Positions 24,231 to 33,849 of a stretch of DNA of 64,000 nucleotides are shown one piece after another. A model generated the notes under the pieces. That model searched no databases. It was not told where the DNA came from and worked only from the letters and a program-made list of their open reading frames with translations. Position 1 is the first letter of the stretch, and each line of letters starts with the position of its first letter. The position numbers were made by a program, and so were the translations under genes. This DNA is from an uncultured Verrucomicrobiae bacterium. Lineage in GTDB: Bacteria; Verrucomicrobiota; Verrucomicrobiia; Chthoniobacterales; UBA10450. The DNA lies in NCBI GenBank assembly GCA_963772365.1, contig CAVYXA010000003.1, positions 736,001 through 800,000 of the forward strand, read 5' to 3'.

Positions 24231-25009
24231 GCGCTTCCAATTCCCATGTCGTCGAGCTGCGAGAAATCAAAATTCAGTTCGAAGAAAAGCAGGTGCTCGA
24301 CGGGATGTCGCTCAGTGTGAATCCGTGCGATCGGCTGGTAGTTATGGGTCAGAGCGGTAGCGGTAAGAGCACAATCCTGCGCCTGATTCTCGGTATCCTG
24401 CAACCCGATGAGGGCGCGGTCTTTTTTAAACAATTTGAGATCACGCGACTGCGCCGCCGCAAGCTGCAGCAGGTCCGGCGTCAGATTGGAATGGTCTATC
24501 AGTATTCAGCTTTGCTCAGCTCCCGCAACGTGCGCGATAACGTGGCCCTGCCTTTGGAAGAGCTTACCGAGAAATCGCGCACGGAAATCGATGCGATTGT
24601 CGATGAAAAACTGGATCTGGTGGGAATGCTGGAAGCGAAAGATCGGCTGCCATCGGAATTGAGTGGAGGCATGCGCAAGCGGGTAAGCCTGGCCCGCGCC
24701 CTCGTCATGGGGCCGGAGCTGATCTTATTCGATGAACCTTCTGCCGGCCTCGACCCTGTGATCAGCTCCGTCATCGACGAATTGATCATCGACTTAACCG
24801 AAAAGTCGAAAGTCACTTCCATCATCGTGACCCATGATATGGGGAGCGCCTTTCGCATCGGCACACGAATGGCTATGCTCTACCGAGGCAAAATCATTGA
24901 GGATGCTGAGCCGGAGAAATTCAAACAATCGCAAAATCCCGTTGTCGCTCAGTTTTTGAGTGGCAGCACCGAAGGGCCCTATTTTGGAACAGAGCGAAGA
25001 TGCAATTAA
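24227..25009 (+). CDS. mlaF: MlaF-family ABC ATPase
   Basis: GQSGSGKS, LSGGMRKRV.LARA, DEPSAGLDP. Confidence 0.92.
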   Translation: MSASNSHVVELREIKIQFEEKQVLDGMSLSVNPCDRLVVMGQSGSGKSTILRLILGILQPDEGAVFFKQFEITRLRRRKLQQVRRQIGMVYQYSALLSSRNVRDNVALPLEELTEKSRTEIDAIVDEKLDLVGMLEAKDRLPSELSGGMRKRVSLARALVMGPELILFDEPSAGLDPVISSVIDELIIDLTEKSKVTSIIVTHDMGSAFRIGTRMAMLYRGKIIEDAEPEKFKQSQNPVVAQFLSGSTEGPYFGTERRCN

Positions 25010-26049
25010 GACAAGATGAAATAAAGACTGGTTTGCTCGTGGTCGGTACGGTGGCGGTGGTCGCATTCGTGTTCATTCTGCTCGGCGCGCCTGGCCTTTT
25101 TCGGCCGTTGGTGACCTATCGGATTTACGTCGATAATGCCGCTGGGATTAAACTCGGCGCGCCGGTGATGCTGGCCGGACGAAAGATCGGTCAGGTGGCG
25201 AAGTTATATTCGCCCGTCTCGCGCGAAGAGGAGCAGCGAGCTGAAGGAAGTGGCCAACACCTATCATCAATTGCCGGCAGTACGGCGACTCCATCTACCT
25301 CCGGTAACCGGACCGAAATACGAAGCCCGAATAGACGTCCAAGTGGACAGGAGAGCCATTGTCTATCGCGATGCTCATGCCCGGCTCGATGCAATTGGGT
25401 TTGCTCGGTGAAATGGCGATCGATATTACTCCGGGTACTGAGGCCGGGCCGGGCGCGGGATGGCGAAATTTTCGCCGGTGAGCGGGTGCCTGATTTTTCC
25501 GAAGCGGCTGCCAGAATGCTCGAGGTGATCAAGCCCGTTGCCGCGGAAGCCACTTCGACAATGAAGGAGCTCGCGACGACTCGCAAAATCTCAGCCGACT
25601 GACCGAACAGACTCGGAGCTCAATCTGGCGTTGGCGCGGTTTAAGAGCATTCGGCGAAAATCTTGTCGATCTTACCGCGCCAAACAGTCCGCTCTCGATT
25701 TCACTCAAAAACATCCAGAAAATCAGCGAACAGCTACTCGGCCAATAACAATCTCGCCGTCACACTGCAAAATTTCCGACGATTCATCGGAGAAATTGAA
25801 GGTCACCATGCGAGAGTTGAGCCGTCTGGCGAAAACATCAAGGAGTTTAGCGAGACGGTGAAGACACAACCGTGGCGGCTGATTTGGCCCAGCACAAAGA
25901 AATATCCTGAAAGCCGAAGGCGGCAGCCGCTCAGGAGACGATCACCGTGCGCAAGAGCACAAAAGTCGCGCCCAAACGGACCACCAATTCAGCTTCCAGG
26001 CGTTAGGCCGAAATGCCTCTGGCTCGCGTGGCGGGAGAATTATACTTGA
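25000..26049 (+). CDS. mlaD: MlaD/MCE-family protein (frameshifted; end approximate)
   Basis: EIKTGLLV, NAAGIKLGAPVMLAGRKIGQV, C-terminal K.QPWRLIWP; follows mlaE-mlaF. Confidence 0.8.
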
Positions 26050-26773
26050 GGCTCCGTGATTTGAGTCCTTCGGGCAGCTCAAACAGGGAAGGATCGAAAG
26101 GAAGACCGTTCTCGTATTCCAGATAGTGAAGCGAAAACTCGAGCTTGCCATCCAGGGTCGACATCAATTCGAAGTGGTTTGCCGGTGTCCCTGTCCTCAT
26201 ACAGTGTTACCTCCGCTGAGCCGTATCTTCATTGAAAATGCATTTGCGTTTTGCCCTCGAAGTTCCGCGCGCCAAGGGCGTCGGAGTTTTGTTGCCGGAA
26301 AAAAATGATTTCATTTCCGAATTCGAGATCTCCGAAACCTTGTAAGGGTCGGGCTCCCAGGCTTTGTGGCGGAAGCCGTGATGTGGTGATGAACGTCAAA
26401 AACGGGGCCTTTGTCGAGGATGTGAATCGCGGTGCGATCTGCGAGATTGATCTGCCACGCGTCGGGCTCCTTCGTGATCCGCAAGCACGTGCATGCCATG
26501 TTTTGGATCCGGGCGGCCCTTCCACCCTGTTCATACTTTTGCCCGCTCGGTAGATTGTCGCCGGCTGTGTCAGCGGCGAATCCGCCGCAATCAGTCGGGC
26601 CGGAGCAGCCGATAGACGATTTTAGTCATCTCCAGACGTTGTCGGCCAAAGCCAGGATCCGAGAAATGAGATGCCGTAGCGATGAGCAGGCAGGGATAGA
26701 ACATGGTGTCGCGCGGGCGAAGAGGCCGAAACCTGGCAAAACAGCGAAGCATTGGAGCCGCGATCATTTCCAT
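26003..26773 (-). CDS. Secreted hypothetical protein, heavily frameshifted
   Basis: Consecutive fragments MTKIVYRL, TIYRAG, KEPDAWQINLADRTA.H..DKGP, DLEFGNE..FF, HYLEYENGLPFDPSLFELPEG. Confidence 0.5.
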
Positions 26774-26801
26774 TTGTGCACGTTTTTGTTGCGGAGAGAG
26801 G

Positions 26802-27805
26802 TCAGGGGTTTGAACTTTCCTTCAATTCGGCAAAAATCAATCGCCCCCCGCCGTTTGCAGCGCGCTGGACACGATCACGGTTTCGGATTTTGCCCAGCCG
26901 AGTCCGGGCATGATTAACCACAATCATCGTTCCATCGGACAATATCCCACCGCCTGATGCGCTTCGCGACCTTCCTTAACCAGGCTGAGCTCCAACTCAT
27001 CTCCCACCACCACCACCGGACGAAGCGTCCGGGCCAAATCATTCAGGTTAAGGACGGAAACTTGCTGGAGCCGTGCCACCTGACGCAGCGCGGCATCATT
27101 GGTGAGCACTCGCGCCTGTAACACTTTGGCCGTCTGGACCAGGCGAGCATCGACAGCAGTTTCGCCATCGTTCGCGCTCTCATGAATCGTTAGCTCGATC
27201 TCGTGCGAGTTTTGCAGTTGGTTCAAGATCTCCAGGCCGCGGCGGCCACGCTCGCGTTTAATGTGATCACGTGAATCGGCCAGGATTTGAAGCTCTTCGA
27301 GACAAACCGCGGCACGATGAGCGCCGGCTCAGGAATCCGGTCGCGCAAAGCTCAGCGATGCGGCCATCAATGATCACATTGGTGTCGAGCAAAGCGGTTC
27401 GTGCTGGGTCGTTTCGCGGGCGAATCGCACATAGGGAATGATCAGAGAAAATTCGTCGCGATTGCTGCGCATCGCCAGCATCATCCCAAATAGCCAAACG
27501 CGGTGTAAACGATGAGTCTCGACCAGCCATTGAACGGTATCGCTTTGATAATGCAAAATATCTGAAGCGATCAAGAGGTTGGCGAAAAGCAACCCGAGCA
27601 ACAAGCCGAACGTTGCCGAGGAAAACGCGCGAAGGGAAAAGCCTTGGAGCAAACGATCGATCAAGACAATGATCAGACCGAAAACGATCCCGATACAATC
27701 CCCGGCCAGGGTTGTCCTGAATTTCCGTCGTAATATCGCGCCGATCGCCCCGCAGAACGTCACGAAGAGGATTCGTAATAGATTGACAGTGAGTAATGGC
27801 GTCAT
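26802..27805 (-). CDS. PIN/TRAM-domain membrane protein (YacL-like), frameshifted
   Basis: N-terminal TMs, LLDTNVIIDGRI, VDARLV..A, LTND..L, L.KEGRE.HQAVGY, GRLIFAEL. Confidence 0.88.
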
Positions 27806-27808
27806 TTC

Positions 27809-28720
27809 GTTAGCGGCCCTCGCTCCGGCGCTTCGGTTTGCTTTGTTCGGCGGCTTTTTTGTCGACTTCGAGCCGCTGTCGTGATAAAACAGCACCCCAT
27901 GCACACGCAAATTATGGATCAGCGCCCGCAAATCATCGGCTAACTCTCGATTTCTCGAAAGTGTGGCCAATGCGCCTTTGCCTTCAGTGGCCTCATGGAA
28001 AACATCCGTGGCAGCTTGAGCACTCTTGCGGGCGTCGGCCATGACGAGCTGCATTTCATCGGCCGCTTTATGCGCCGAGCTCATGGTAGAATCAGCTTTC
28101 TCAATCACGCCATCGAGCTTCTTGGAAGATTTCGCCAGCGCTGTGGTTGTCTCGTTCAGATGTTCGATACTCTACTTGAGATCTTGCAGGGTCGCTTGAG
28201 AAAACACCTGTTGATTCAAGCGTGTGACTGCCGAGTTGACGTTCTTTACCGCTGTTCTCATGTCGCTGGCCAGAGCGCTTCCTTCCTTGGTCAGATCCGT
28301 GATACCAGCCTGTCGCGTGCCTTCGACGAAAGCATTTTTCTGGATGAACTTTTTTGGCTCACCCGGAGGCATCGTGACATTCACGAAACGGTCGCCCAGC
28401 AAGCCCGAACTGCCGACTTCAAATTTGCTGCCCATCGGGATCTTCACGTAATCATAAATCTGCAACGGCACATCTACGCCGTGACCTTCGCGGACCAGAT
28501 GCGGCCTGCCCGCCACGTGCCCGATCCTCGCGCCGGCCAGCAAGACATCCGATCCTTTCAACAATCCGCTCGCATCCCGGAACCCGACCGTGATCAGATA
28601 ATAGCGCTTAAACCCTTCGCCGAGCCGGCCGAATTGCAGCACCAAAGCCGCCAACATCGCCAGTCCAATAAAAACGAAGATGCCAACCTTGATTTCCAAA
28701 CCGCGCTCGTGCCGATTCAT
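27809..28720 (-). CDS. mlaD: MlaD/MCE-family protein (frameshifted)
   Basis: EIKVGIFVFIGL, DASGLLKGSDVLLAGARIGHV, GLLGDRFV; C-terminal LRALIHNLRVHGVLFY. Confidence 0.87.
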
Positions 28721-28938
28721 CCTTTCCAACTCTGAGCCTCAAATCCTTTTCCGGTCAAATCTCTGAGCACGAATGCGGCAGGCGGGTGGAACGCGATCGC
28801 AGCCTGCTCGCCGCGGCGAGCCGATCCACCTTTGCTCGGGTGGACCGTGATCTCAGAGCCCGTTGTCAATGAACGCGCCGGAGGCGCCAAGAATCTAAGT
28901 CCGATGTGTCGGCGAGGATTCGTCAAAGATTCACATTC

Positions 28939-29916
28939 ATGAACAGGAACATGATCCTCACTCTGGTGCTGTGTAGCGGAGTTGTCAGCGATGCCGCTTT
29001 ACAGGCACAGGAAGCCACGCCCGCGCCAGCCACAACTTCACGCGTGATCGTCACTGAAACGAACCCGGACAGCGGGCCCGACGCTTTGTCCGGAACGGAA
29101 GCGGAGCCGGTCGGTCCCGCGCAACAGCCCGAGTGGACAACGCGGCGCGTTTTTGCCGATACCGATATTTACGTCATCCCGCCGGGCACATTCGAAGTGA
29201 ATCAGTTTCTCGATTCATTTCATCCGAGAAACGGCACGCATCAAACCTTGTTAGAGACCGAGTTCGAGAATGGGTTGCCATGGCGAACGCAGTTTGATGT
29301 CGAGCTGGATTACAGCCACCTCGGCGGAAGGACGCGATACGACACCACTTTGCTGGAGCTGCCGCATGCGCTTGCCGACTGGGGAAAAATTCCATTGAAC
29401 CCGACTGTCAACGGCGGATGGAGATTTGTTCACGACGAGCCCGACGCCTTTTTCTTTCGGTTACTGCTGGCGGATGAATTTTGGCGACGCATTCATTTCG
29501 GCGCGGATTTGACCTTCGATCGACAGATCGGCGGCGAGCAGGAAACCTCCTGGGAATTCAATCAAGCCGTAAGCTGGATCGTTTTAGAGAAAACGCTGAG
29601 CATGGGTTTTGAGATGCGCGCAGAATACGAGAAGGATCGAGTCGATGCCGACGAAGAAGAAACGGGAGCCGCTTCCCGAAGAAAGAGGAAATATGAATAT
29701 TCGACCTCAGTCGTGATCGGGCCGTCAGTTTTGTTCAAGCCGACACAACGCACGCATCTGGCCATTGTCCCGATGGCCGGCCTGACCCATGACAGCCCGA
29801 GTCTGGATGCGTTTCTCGTTTTCGGAATCGACTTCGGCGCGCGCGAAGAAGGCGAATCCACACCAGAAAATCCCAGCGATGAATTCCCGGCGCTTGCGCC
29901 AAGCGGCCGCCGTTGA
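28939..29916 (+). CDS. Secreted hypothetical protein, probable outer-membrane beta-barrel
   Basis: Signal peptide, QPEWTTRRVF, alternating beta-strand pattern ending FLVFGIDF. Confidence 0.65.
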   Translation: MNRNMILTLVLCSGVVSDAALQAQEATPAPATTSRVIVTETNPDSGPDALSGTEAEPVGPAQQPEWTTRRVFADTDIYVIPPGTFEVNQFLDSFHPRNGTHQTLLETEFENGLPWRTQFDVELDYSHLGGRTRYDTTLLELPHALADWGKIPLNPTVNGGWRFVHDEPDAFFFRLLLADEFWRRIHFGADLTFDRQIGGEQETSWEFNQAVSWIVLEKTLSMGFEMRAEYEKDRVDADEEETGAASRRKRKYEYSTSVVIGPSVLFKPTQRTHLAIVPMAGLTHDSPSLDAFLVFGIDFGAREEGESTPENPSDEFPALAPSGRR

Positions 29917-29993
29917 GTTCGACGCCCGGTCAACTCCCGGGCATACATCCGATGCCGCGAGCGCCGACGAGCCGGAGAAAACCGCTTACCGTT

Positions 29994-30196
29994 CTAATGT
30001 GTCACCCACCGGGCACGCAATTGCCGCAGCAGGGCTGTCTTGCTCGCGACAGGAAGCTTTTTCACCCACTTGCCGTTAATGCGGATGCGAAAACTTTTGC
30101 TATTGGCAAAAGAAGATCGACAAGATCCAGCTTCAGTCGCTCTCCCGTTTGATGATTCTTTAGCGCAAGCGAATAATGCGCTTTGGGCCGCGGCAT
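29994..30196 (-). CDS. Small basic protein (~67 aa, one frameshift) divergent from the attI-like site
   Basis: AAGGGAG RBS; MPRPKAHYSLALKNHQTGERLKLDLVDL, then after a 1-nt shift FANSKSFRIRINGKWVKKLPVASKTALLRQLRARWVTH-stop. Confidence 0.55.
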
Positions 30197-30247
30197 GCTC
30201 CCTTTTACCGTGACAACTCGCCGCGGGCCAACTATAAATAAAAGTCT

Positions 30248-30306
30248 CCCGTGCACAGAAAAATATCCCACCTCATACAAAAATCGAGGTCTAATTATAG
30301 TTAGGC
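30248..30306 (+). other. Putative integron attI-like site, copy 1
   Basis: Ends GGTCTAATTATAG/TTAGGC immediately before cassette 1; 46/59 identical without gaps to 33784-33842. Confidence 0.65.
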
Positions 30307-30308
30307 CC

Positions 30309-30755
30309 ATGGCAACGAAACGCGCGGCTTGGATTATCGTGTGGGATTGGGTGTCGGAGACCCGCAAGCCCAAACGGCAACTACTCCACATTCTTCAGCC
30401 GCGCTGGAAGATCTCGCGCGTGTTGGAGCACATGAAGTTTCTATATCTCAATTCCGAGCTTTTCACCGTCTCTGGTCGGTTGCCATTCCTTACGCAGAAA
30501 GCTTGGCGGGGGCTCGTGTTCCTGCAAGGCCCGCGGATTATCATCGGCGATGATCCGCTTCTGAACGGATCGTGGGTTCATGATCTTCGCGTTGATCAAG
30601 TGGGTCCGGGTGAGCAGATCGTGCGCTGGACACAACCCGCTGGTCTTCGGTTTCGCCCTGGGACGAATGATAAGGAATACGTCGGCGAGCCCAGGGAACG
30701 CGGGTTTTGCCTTGCGGTCCGAGAAAAAGTCGAGGAACTGCGCGGAAGGGCCTAA
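30309..30755 (+). CDS. Integron cassette 1 ORF, hypothetical
   Basis: ATG 2 nt after GTTAGGC; the stop TAA lies within the GCCTAAC of the attC. Confidence 0.75.
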   Translation: MATKRAAWIIVWDWVSETRKPKRQLLHILQPRWKISRVLEHMKFLYLNSELFTVSGRLPFLTQKAWRGLVFLQGPRIIIGDDPLLNGSWVHDLRVDQVGPGEQIVRWTQPAGLRFRPGTNDKEYVGEPRERGFCLAVREKVEELRGRA

Positions 30756-30872
30756 CCACGCGATGGAGCTGACTGCGAGCCGGCGTACGACCTTGCTTTC
30801 CATGACCTCAACCCTTTCAGCCGCCGCAGAGAGCGCCCTCGCTCGCAGCAGCTCATCTTGTTCTCGTTAGAC
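30750..30872 (+). mobile_element. attC site 1
   Basis: GCCTAAC...GAGCTGACTGCGAGC...GCTCGCAGCAGCTC...GTTAGAC: RYYYAAC/GTTRRRY ends and paired arms with an extra-helical base. Confidence 0.92.
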
Positions 30873-30891
30873 GCTTCCTCGCGCCCCTTCA

Positions 30892-31434
30892 ATGGACGAC
30901 ACAGAAAAGCGCTTAGCCGAATTGAGTCAGCTTGAGACTCTGACGGATGCTGAAATGCAGGAGTTGGTGCGTCTTCGTCCCTTCGGGACATTTAAGACAC
31001 CCCCGAACTTACTGACACTTGGGGTCGTTGACCTCGACCAGGCCTTCCTCAACTACAAGGAAGGAGCGTCGCGATCTAAGCACGCATACAATGCTGGCTG
31101 CTTTATCGAGGTCATTTCGCTACGCTTGCAGCACATCGATTTTTGGCTTCGTAGTTTTTGGGTTGCCCGTAACCATAAGGGAAAGATCTTCGACGCCACG
31201 GACAAACGCACTTTTGGAGTCTTGGTTACCGATTGCGAGAAGCTTGGTTTTGACGCGTCTCTGGTTCAGCGCATGCGTTCATTCAACGTCTCCCGAGTAG
31301 AGAGCATTCACAAATACCTCCTCGGCGCGATCCGCTACGATGACCTCAAACCTGTCTGCGACGCCCACCAGGGACTTGATGCGGATGTCGGTAATTACGT
31401 GCGTGAACAGATCGGAGTTGTATGGACGTTCTAG
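30892..31434 (+). CDS. Integron cassette 2 ORF, possible HEPN-like protein
   Basis: Lies between attC1 and attC2; helical, with an R-x4-H motif (RVESIH). Confidence 0.7.
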   Translation: MDDTEKRLAELSQLETLTDAEMQELVRLRPFGTFKTPPNLLTLGVVDLDQAFLNYKEGASRSKHAYNAGCFIEVISLRLQHIDFWLRSFWVARNHKGKIFDATDKRTFGVLVTDCEKLGFDASLVQRMRSFNVSRVESIHKYLLGAIRYDDLKPVCDAHQGLDADVGNYVREQIGVVWTF

Positions 31435-31450
31435 CTGTACAACCGGAATC

Positions 31451-31573
31451 GTCTAACCATGCAGTCGAGCGAACGGCCACCCGCTGCGCGTTCACGTTTT
31501 GCGCGGCTCGTTCGGTTTTTCTGCCGGCCATGAGCGCTCCCGGTGGCCGTCGCTCACTTTATTCTCGTTAGAT
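31451..31573 (+). mobile_element. attC site 2
   Basis: GTCTAAC...GAGCGAACGGCCACC...GGTGGCCGTCGCTC...GTTAGAT. Confidence 0.92.
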
Positions 31574-31575
31574 CT

Positions 31576-31899
31576 ATGCGAATGCGTTCTCTAGTTCCGC
31601 TAGTCATCGCTGTCGCGCTGATTACCGGCTGCGATCGGTTGTCCCGTCCATCGGAAGCTGAGGTTCGGCAGCTTGCCGACCAGCATTCTCCAAATCATCA
31701 TCCCATTCACCACATTGAATACGGTCGGAGTTTCATCAGTCAGGGCGGCTCGGTAGAACTGAAAGCTGACGCCCCTAAAGGTACGAAAATATTTCCTGTC
31801 GAGCTCTACTTCACGAATGTGAATGGCTACTTCAAGATCGTTGCATGGGTTTTTAAAGATTCTTTTGGCCATTGGAAGTTCGTATTTCCCAATGAATAG
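31576..31899 (+). CDS. Integron cassette 3 ORF, small lipoprotein
   Basis: MRMRSLVPLVIAVALITGC lipobox; the stop abuts ATCTAAC. Confidence 0.75.
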   Translation: MRMRSLVPLVIAVALITGCDRLSRPSEAEVRQLADQHSPNHHPIHHIEYGRSFISQGGSVELKADAPKGTKIFPVELYFTNVNGYFKIVAWVFKDSFGHWKFVFPNE

Positions 31900-32050
31900 A
31901 TCTAACCATGTGATGGAGCGAACCCCGAAAGCATTCGGGGCTGTACGCTTCCACTTTTGAGATGATTTCCACAGTTCCACTTCGCGCGACGCGCGCTACA
32001 GTTTACCCGCCGCGGCGGGTTCGTCGTCGCTCATCTTGTTCTCGTTAGAC
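31900..32050 (+). mobile_element. attC site 3 (with extra internal hairpins)
   Basis: ATCTAAC...GAGCGAAC...GTCGCTCATCTTGTTCTCGTTAGAC; the 3' end GCTCATCTTGTTCTCGTTAGAC is identical to attC1. Confidence 0.88.
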
Positions 32051-32304
32051 CGAAGAATTAATACCGGCGAACATTTTCAACTTCAACATATGGGCGTTCT
32101 GTTGCTGGCTGCAAAGTTCCCGTGACGCAATATATTCCGCCACTGAGCATCGCCCGGCGGAGCGCAACCTCATTACTGCCGACGGCACAAAGCCAAAGGT
32201 TGGTTCTGTGATCCGTAGATTCCGGACGCCTGCTGCGTTCATTTAACAACCCACACGCGTTTTACAGTTGCCCGTTTTCCCCTGGCGCGAGTAGAGTGTC
32301 TTTC

Positions 32305-32874
32305 GTGAGCGAGCGCGCGAAGATTAGGCCGGTCCGGTTGGACATCTCAGCCGCGGACTGGGCGCGCGAAACGGCGAGCTTCTCTGAGTTGCTCAAACGC
32401 CGGCCTTCGAAGCCCGTCATCACGCGATGGATGAACGAGTCGCAGGTGCGCCAGGACTTGTTTGGCCTCACGGTGCTCGGCGTGATCCGATGGCCGAAGG
32501 ATCTCGGCCGTCCGGCCACCCCCACGCTCGCCGAGGGCTTCGTCGCGCAGCATCGCTGGTGGTTTGACGAATGGCACTTCAGTCCCGACGGCGGAATCAT
32601 CGAGACCGAAGGCTGGGCCAAGGGCGATCCGCCCACGCTCTGGGACGCAACGGAGGAGCCGGACTTTTACCGAGTGCATTACATGTTGCCCGAGCGCCCG
32701 AATCCCAATTGGATCGAGATCCGCTTCTCCGGCGTCCGCTGGAAAGACAGCGGCTCGCGGCATCTGCCGTGGAGCTGGAGCCTCAGTCCGCGCGGGTTCG
32801 TTTTTACTGGAAAAGGGAGCCTTACCTTGCTCCCGCCGATCACCGTTCAGCGGACGCTTTTGCTGAAATCCTGA
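32305..32874 (+). CDS. Orphan protein A (paralog of the next gene)
   Basis: GTG 7 nt after a TAGAGT -10 element; shares G.IRWP..LGRP.TP.LA..F and F.P.GG with 32882-33496. Confidence 0.7.
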   Translation: MSERAKIRPVRLDISAADWARETASFSELLKRRPSKPVITRWMNESQVRQDLFGLTVLGVIRWPKDLGRPATPTLAEGFVAQHRWWFDEWHFSPDGGIIETEGWAKGDPPTLWDATEEPDFYRVHYMLPERPNPNWIEIRFSGVRWKDSGSRHLPWSWSLSPRGFVFTGKGSLTLLPPITVQRTLLLKS

Positions 32875-32881
32875 CGCGAGC

Positions 32882-33496
32882 ATGCCGAAAAACCCGACGA
32901 TCAGCGACATTGACCGCGTGCGCGGCGTGGGGAGTTTCCGCGAGCTCGATCCGGCAACGCGGGCGCGCGAGCTCGGCAGCTTTCGCGACGAAGTTTCGAA
33001 AAGAGGCCCGATCACGGAGAAAGTAATCGCAAAGTGGATCGGCGATGCTATTGACCGGCAGCGGCTCCTCGCTGGAGTCGCTTTCGGCATGATCCGCTGG
33101 CCCAGGTCGCTCGGCCGTCCGTTAACGCCGAACCTCGCCGACGCGTTCGAGCTAGAGCATTATCGGAAGAACCTCAACGGCGCCTTCGGCCCGGAGGGAG
33201 GATTCGACACTAGCAAGTTCGAGAAGATGCCGACGCCGTTCGCGTATGACGCGTCGACCGATGACGAGTACCGCGTCGCGTTCCACTTCTTCACGGACTT
33301 CTTTAACCATTTTAACTACTGGTTGCGCGAAGGCCCCTGGGAACGCCCCGCCGGACTGCGGCCAGGCTACCGGTTCCTCGATCCCTATCTCATCGAGCCA
33401 TTTACGAATGATGGCCATCAGACCATCGTGTTGAAAGACATCAACGTGCGTTATGTGCCGCTGATCCGCGTCGGTGGAATTCGGGTGTTAAAGTGA
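32882..33496 (+). CDS. Orphan protein B (paralog of the previous gene)
   Basis: Starts 7 nt after A; GMIRWPRSLGRPLTPNLADAF, FGPEGG, YRV. Confidence 0.7.
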   Translation: MPKNPTISDIDRVRGVGSFRELDPATRARELGSFRDEVSKRGPITEKVIAKWIGDAIDRQRLLAGVAFGMIRWPRSLGRPLTPNLADAFELEHYRKNLNGAFGPEGGFDTSKFEKMPTPFAYDASTDDEYRVAFHFFTDFFNHFNYWLREGPWERPAGLRPGYRFLDPYLIEPFTNDGHQTIVLKDINVRYVPLIRVGGIRVLK

Positions 33497-33705
33497 GCGG
33501 CGCGAGAGAAGAAGCCCGCTGATTGCGAACAGAACGAATCACTCCGCCGGGTTGAGCGCGGCCTTGCGTGCGGCCAAGTCTTTCGACTCATTGCAAAGTG
33601 GGCGGAATTGGAACGCAGCATGCGGGACAATTTCATTGCGCGCTCCCGAAACGTTTCGGCGCGGGAGCGGATAGCTTGTCCGTTGTGTGCGGAGGCCCTC
33701 GCGGT

Positions 33706-33747
33706 CCAAGAAGAAAATCCTGGATGATCGGATCGTTCGATTGCTGC
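33706..33747 (-). repeat. Displaced duplicate of the mlaF 3' end (att-like direct repeat with 36086-36127)
   Basis: CCAAGAAGAAAATCCTGGATGATCGGATCGTTCGATTGCTGC vs CCGAGAAGAAAATCCTGGATGATCGGATCGCTCGATTGCTGC, 40/42 identical; encodes QQS(N/S)DPIIQDFLLG. Confidence 0.88.
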
Positions 33748-33783
33748 GACAAATCCCGACACACCAGAGATAAGCGAATATTC

Positions 33784-33842
33784 CCCATGCACAGAGAAAT
33801 GTCTGGCCCCGTACAAAGAATGGGGTCTAATCATAGTTAGGC
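33784..33842 (+). other. Putative integron attI-like site, copy 2
   Basis: CCCATGCACAGAGAAAT...TACAAA...GGTCTAATCATAG/TTAGGC immediately before the hydrolase cassette. Confidence 0.65.
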
Positions 33843-33849
33843 TTATCGC

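Noticed and set aside
27374..28108. MlaD-PIN/TRAM fusion protein
   Set aside because: The apparent fusion arises in a frameshift-rich stretch; a separate ATG at 27805 follows a nearby stop in another frame.
20150..28200. Cluster of pseudogenes or programmed frameshifts (also 39.5-45.6 kb, 51.9 kb and 60.4 kb)
   Set aside because: Many scattered single-base indels in otherwise well-conserved genes, in regional clusters, fit long-read consensus error better than decay or recoding.
32051..32250. Complete fourth cassette ending in attC at ATTTAAC (32240-32246)
   Set aside because: The inverse core does not match the GTTAGAC start and there are no attC arms; only short antisense ORFs, so probably a truncated cassette.
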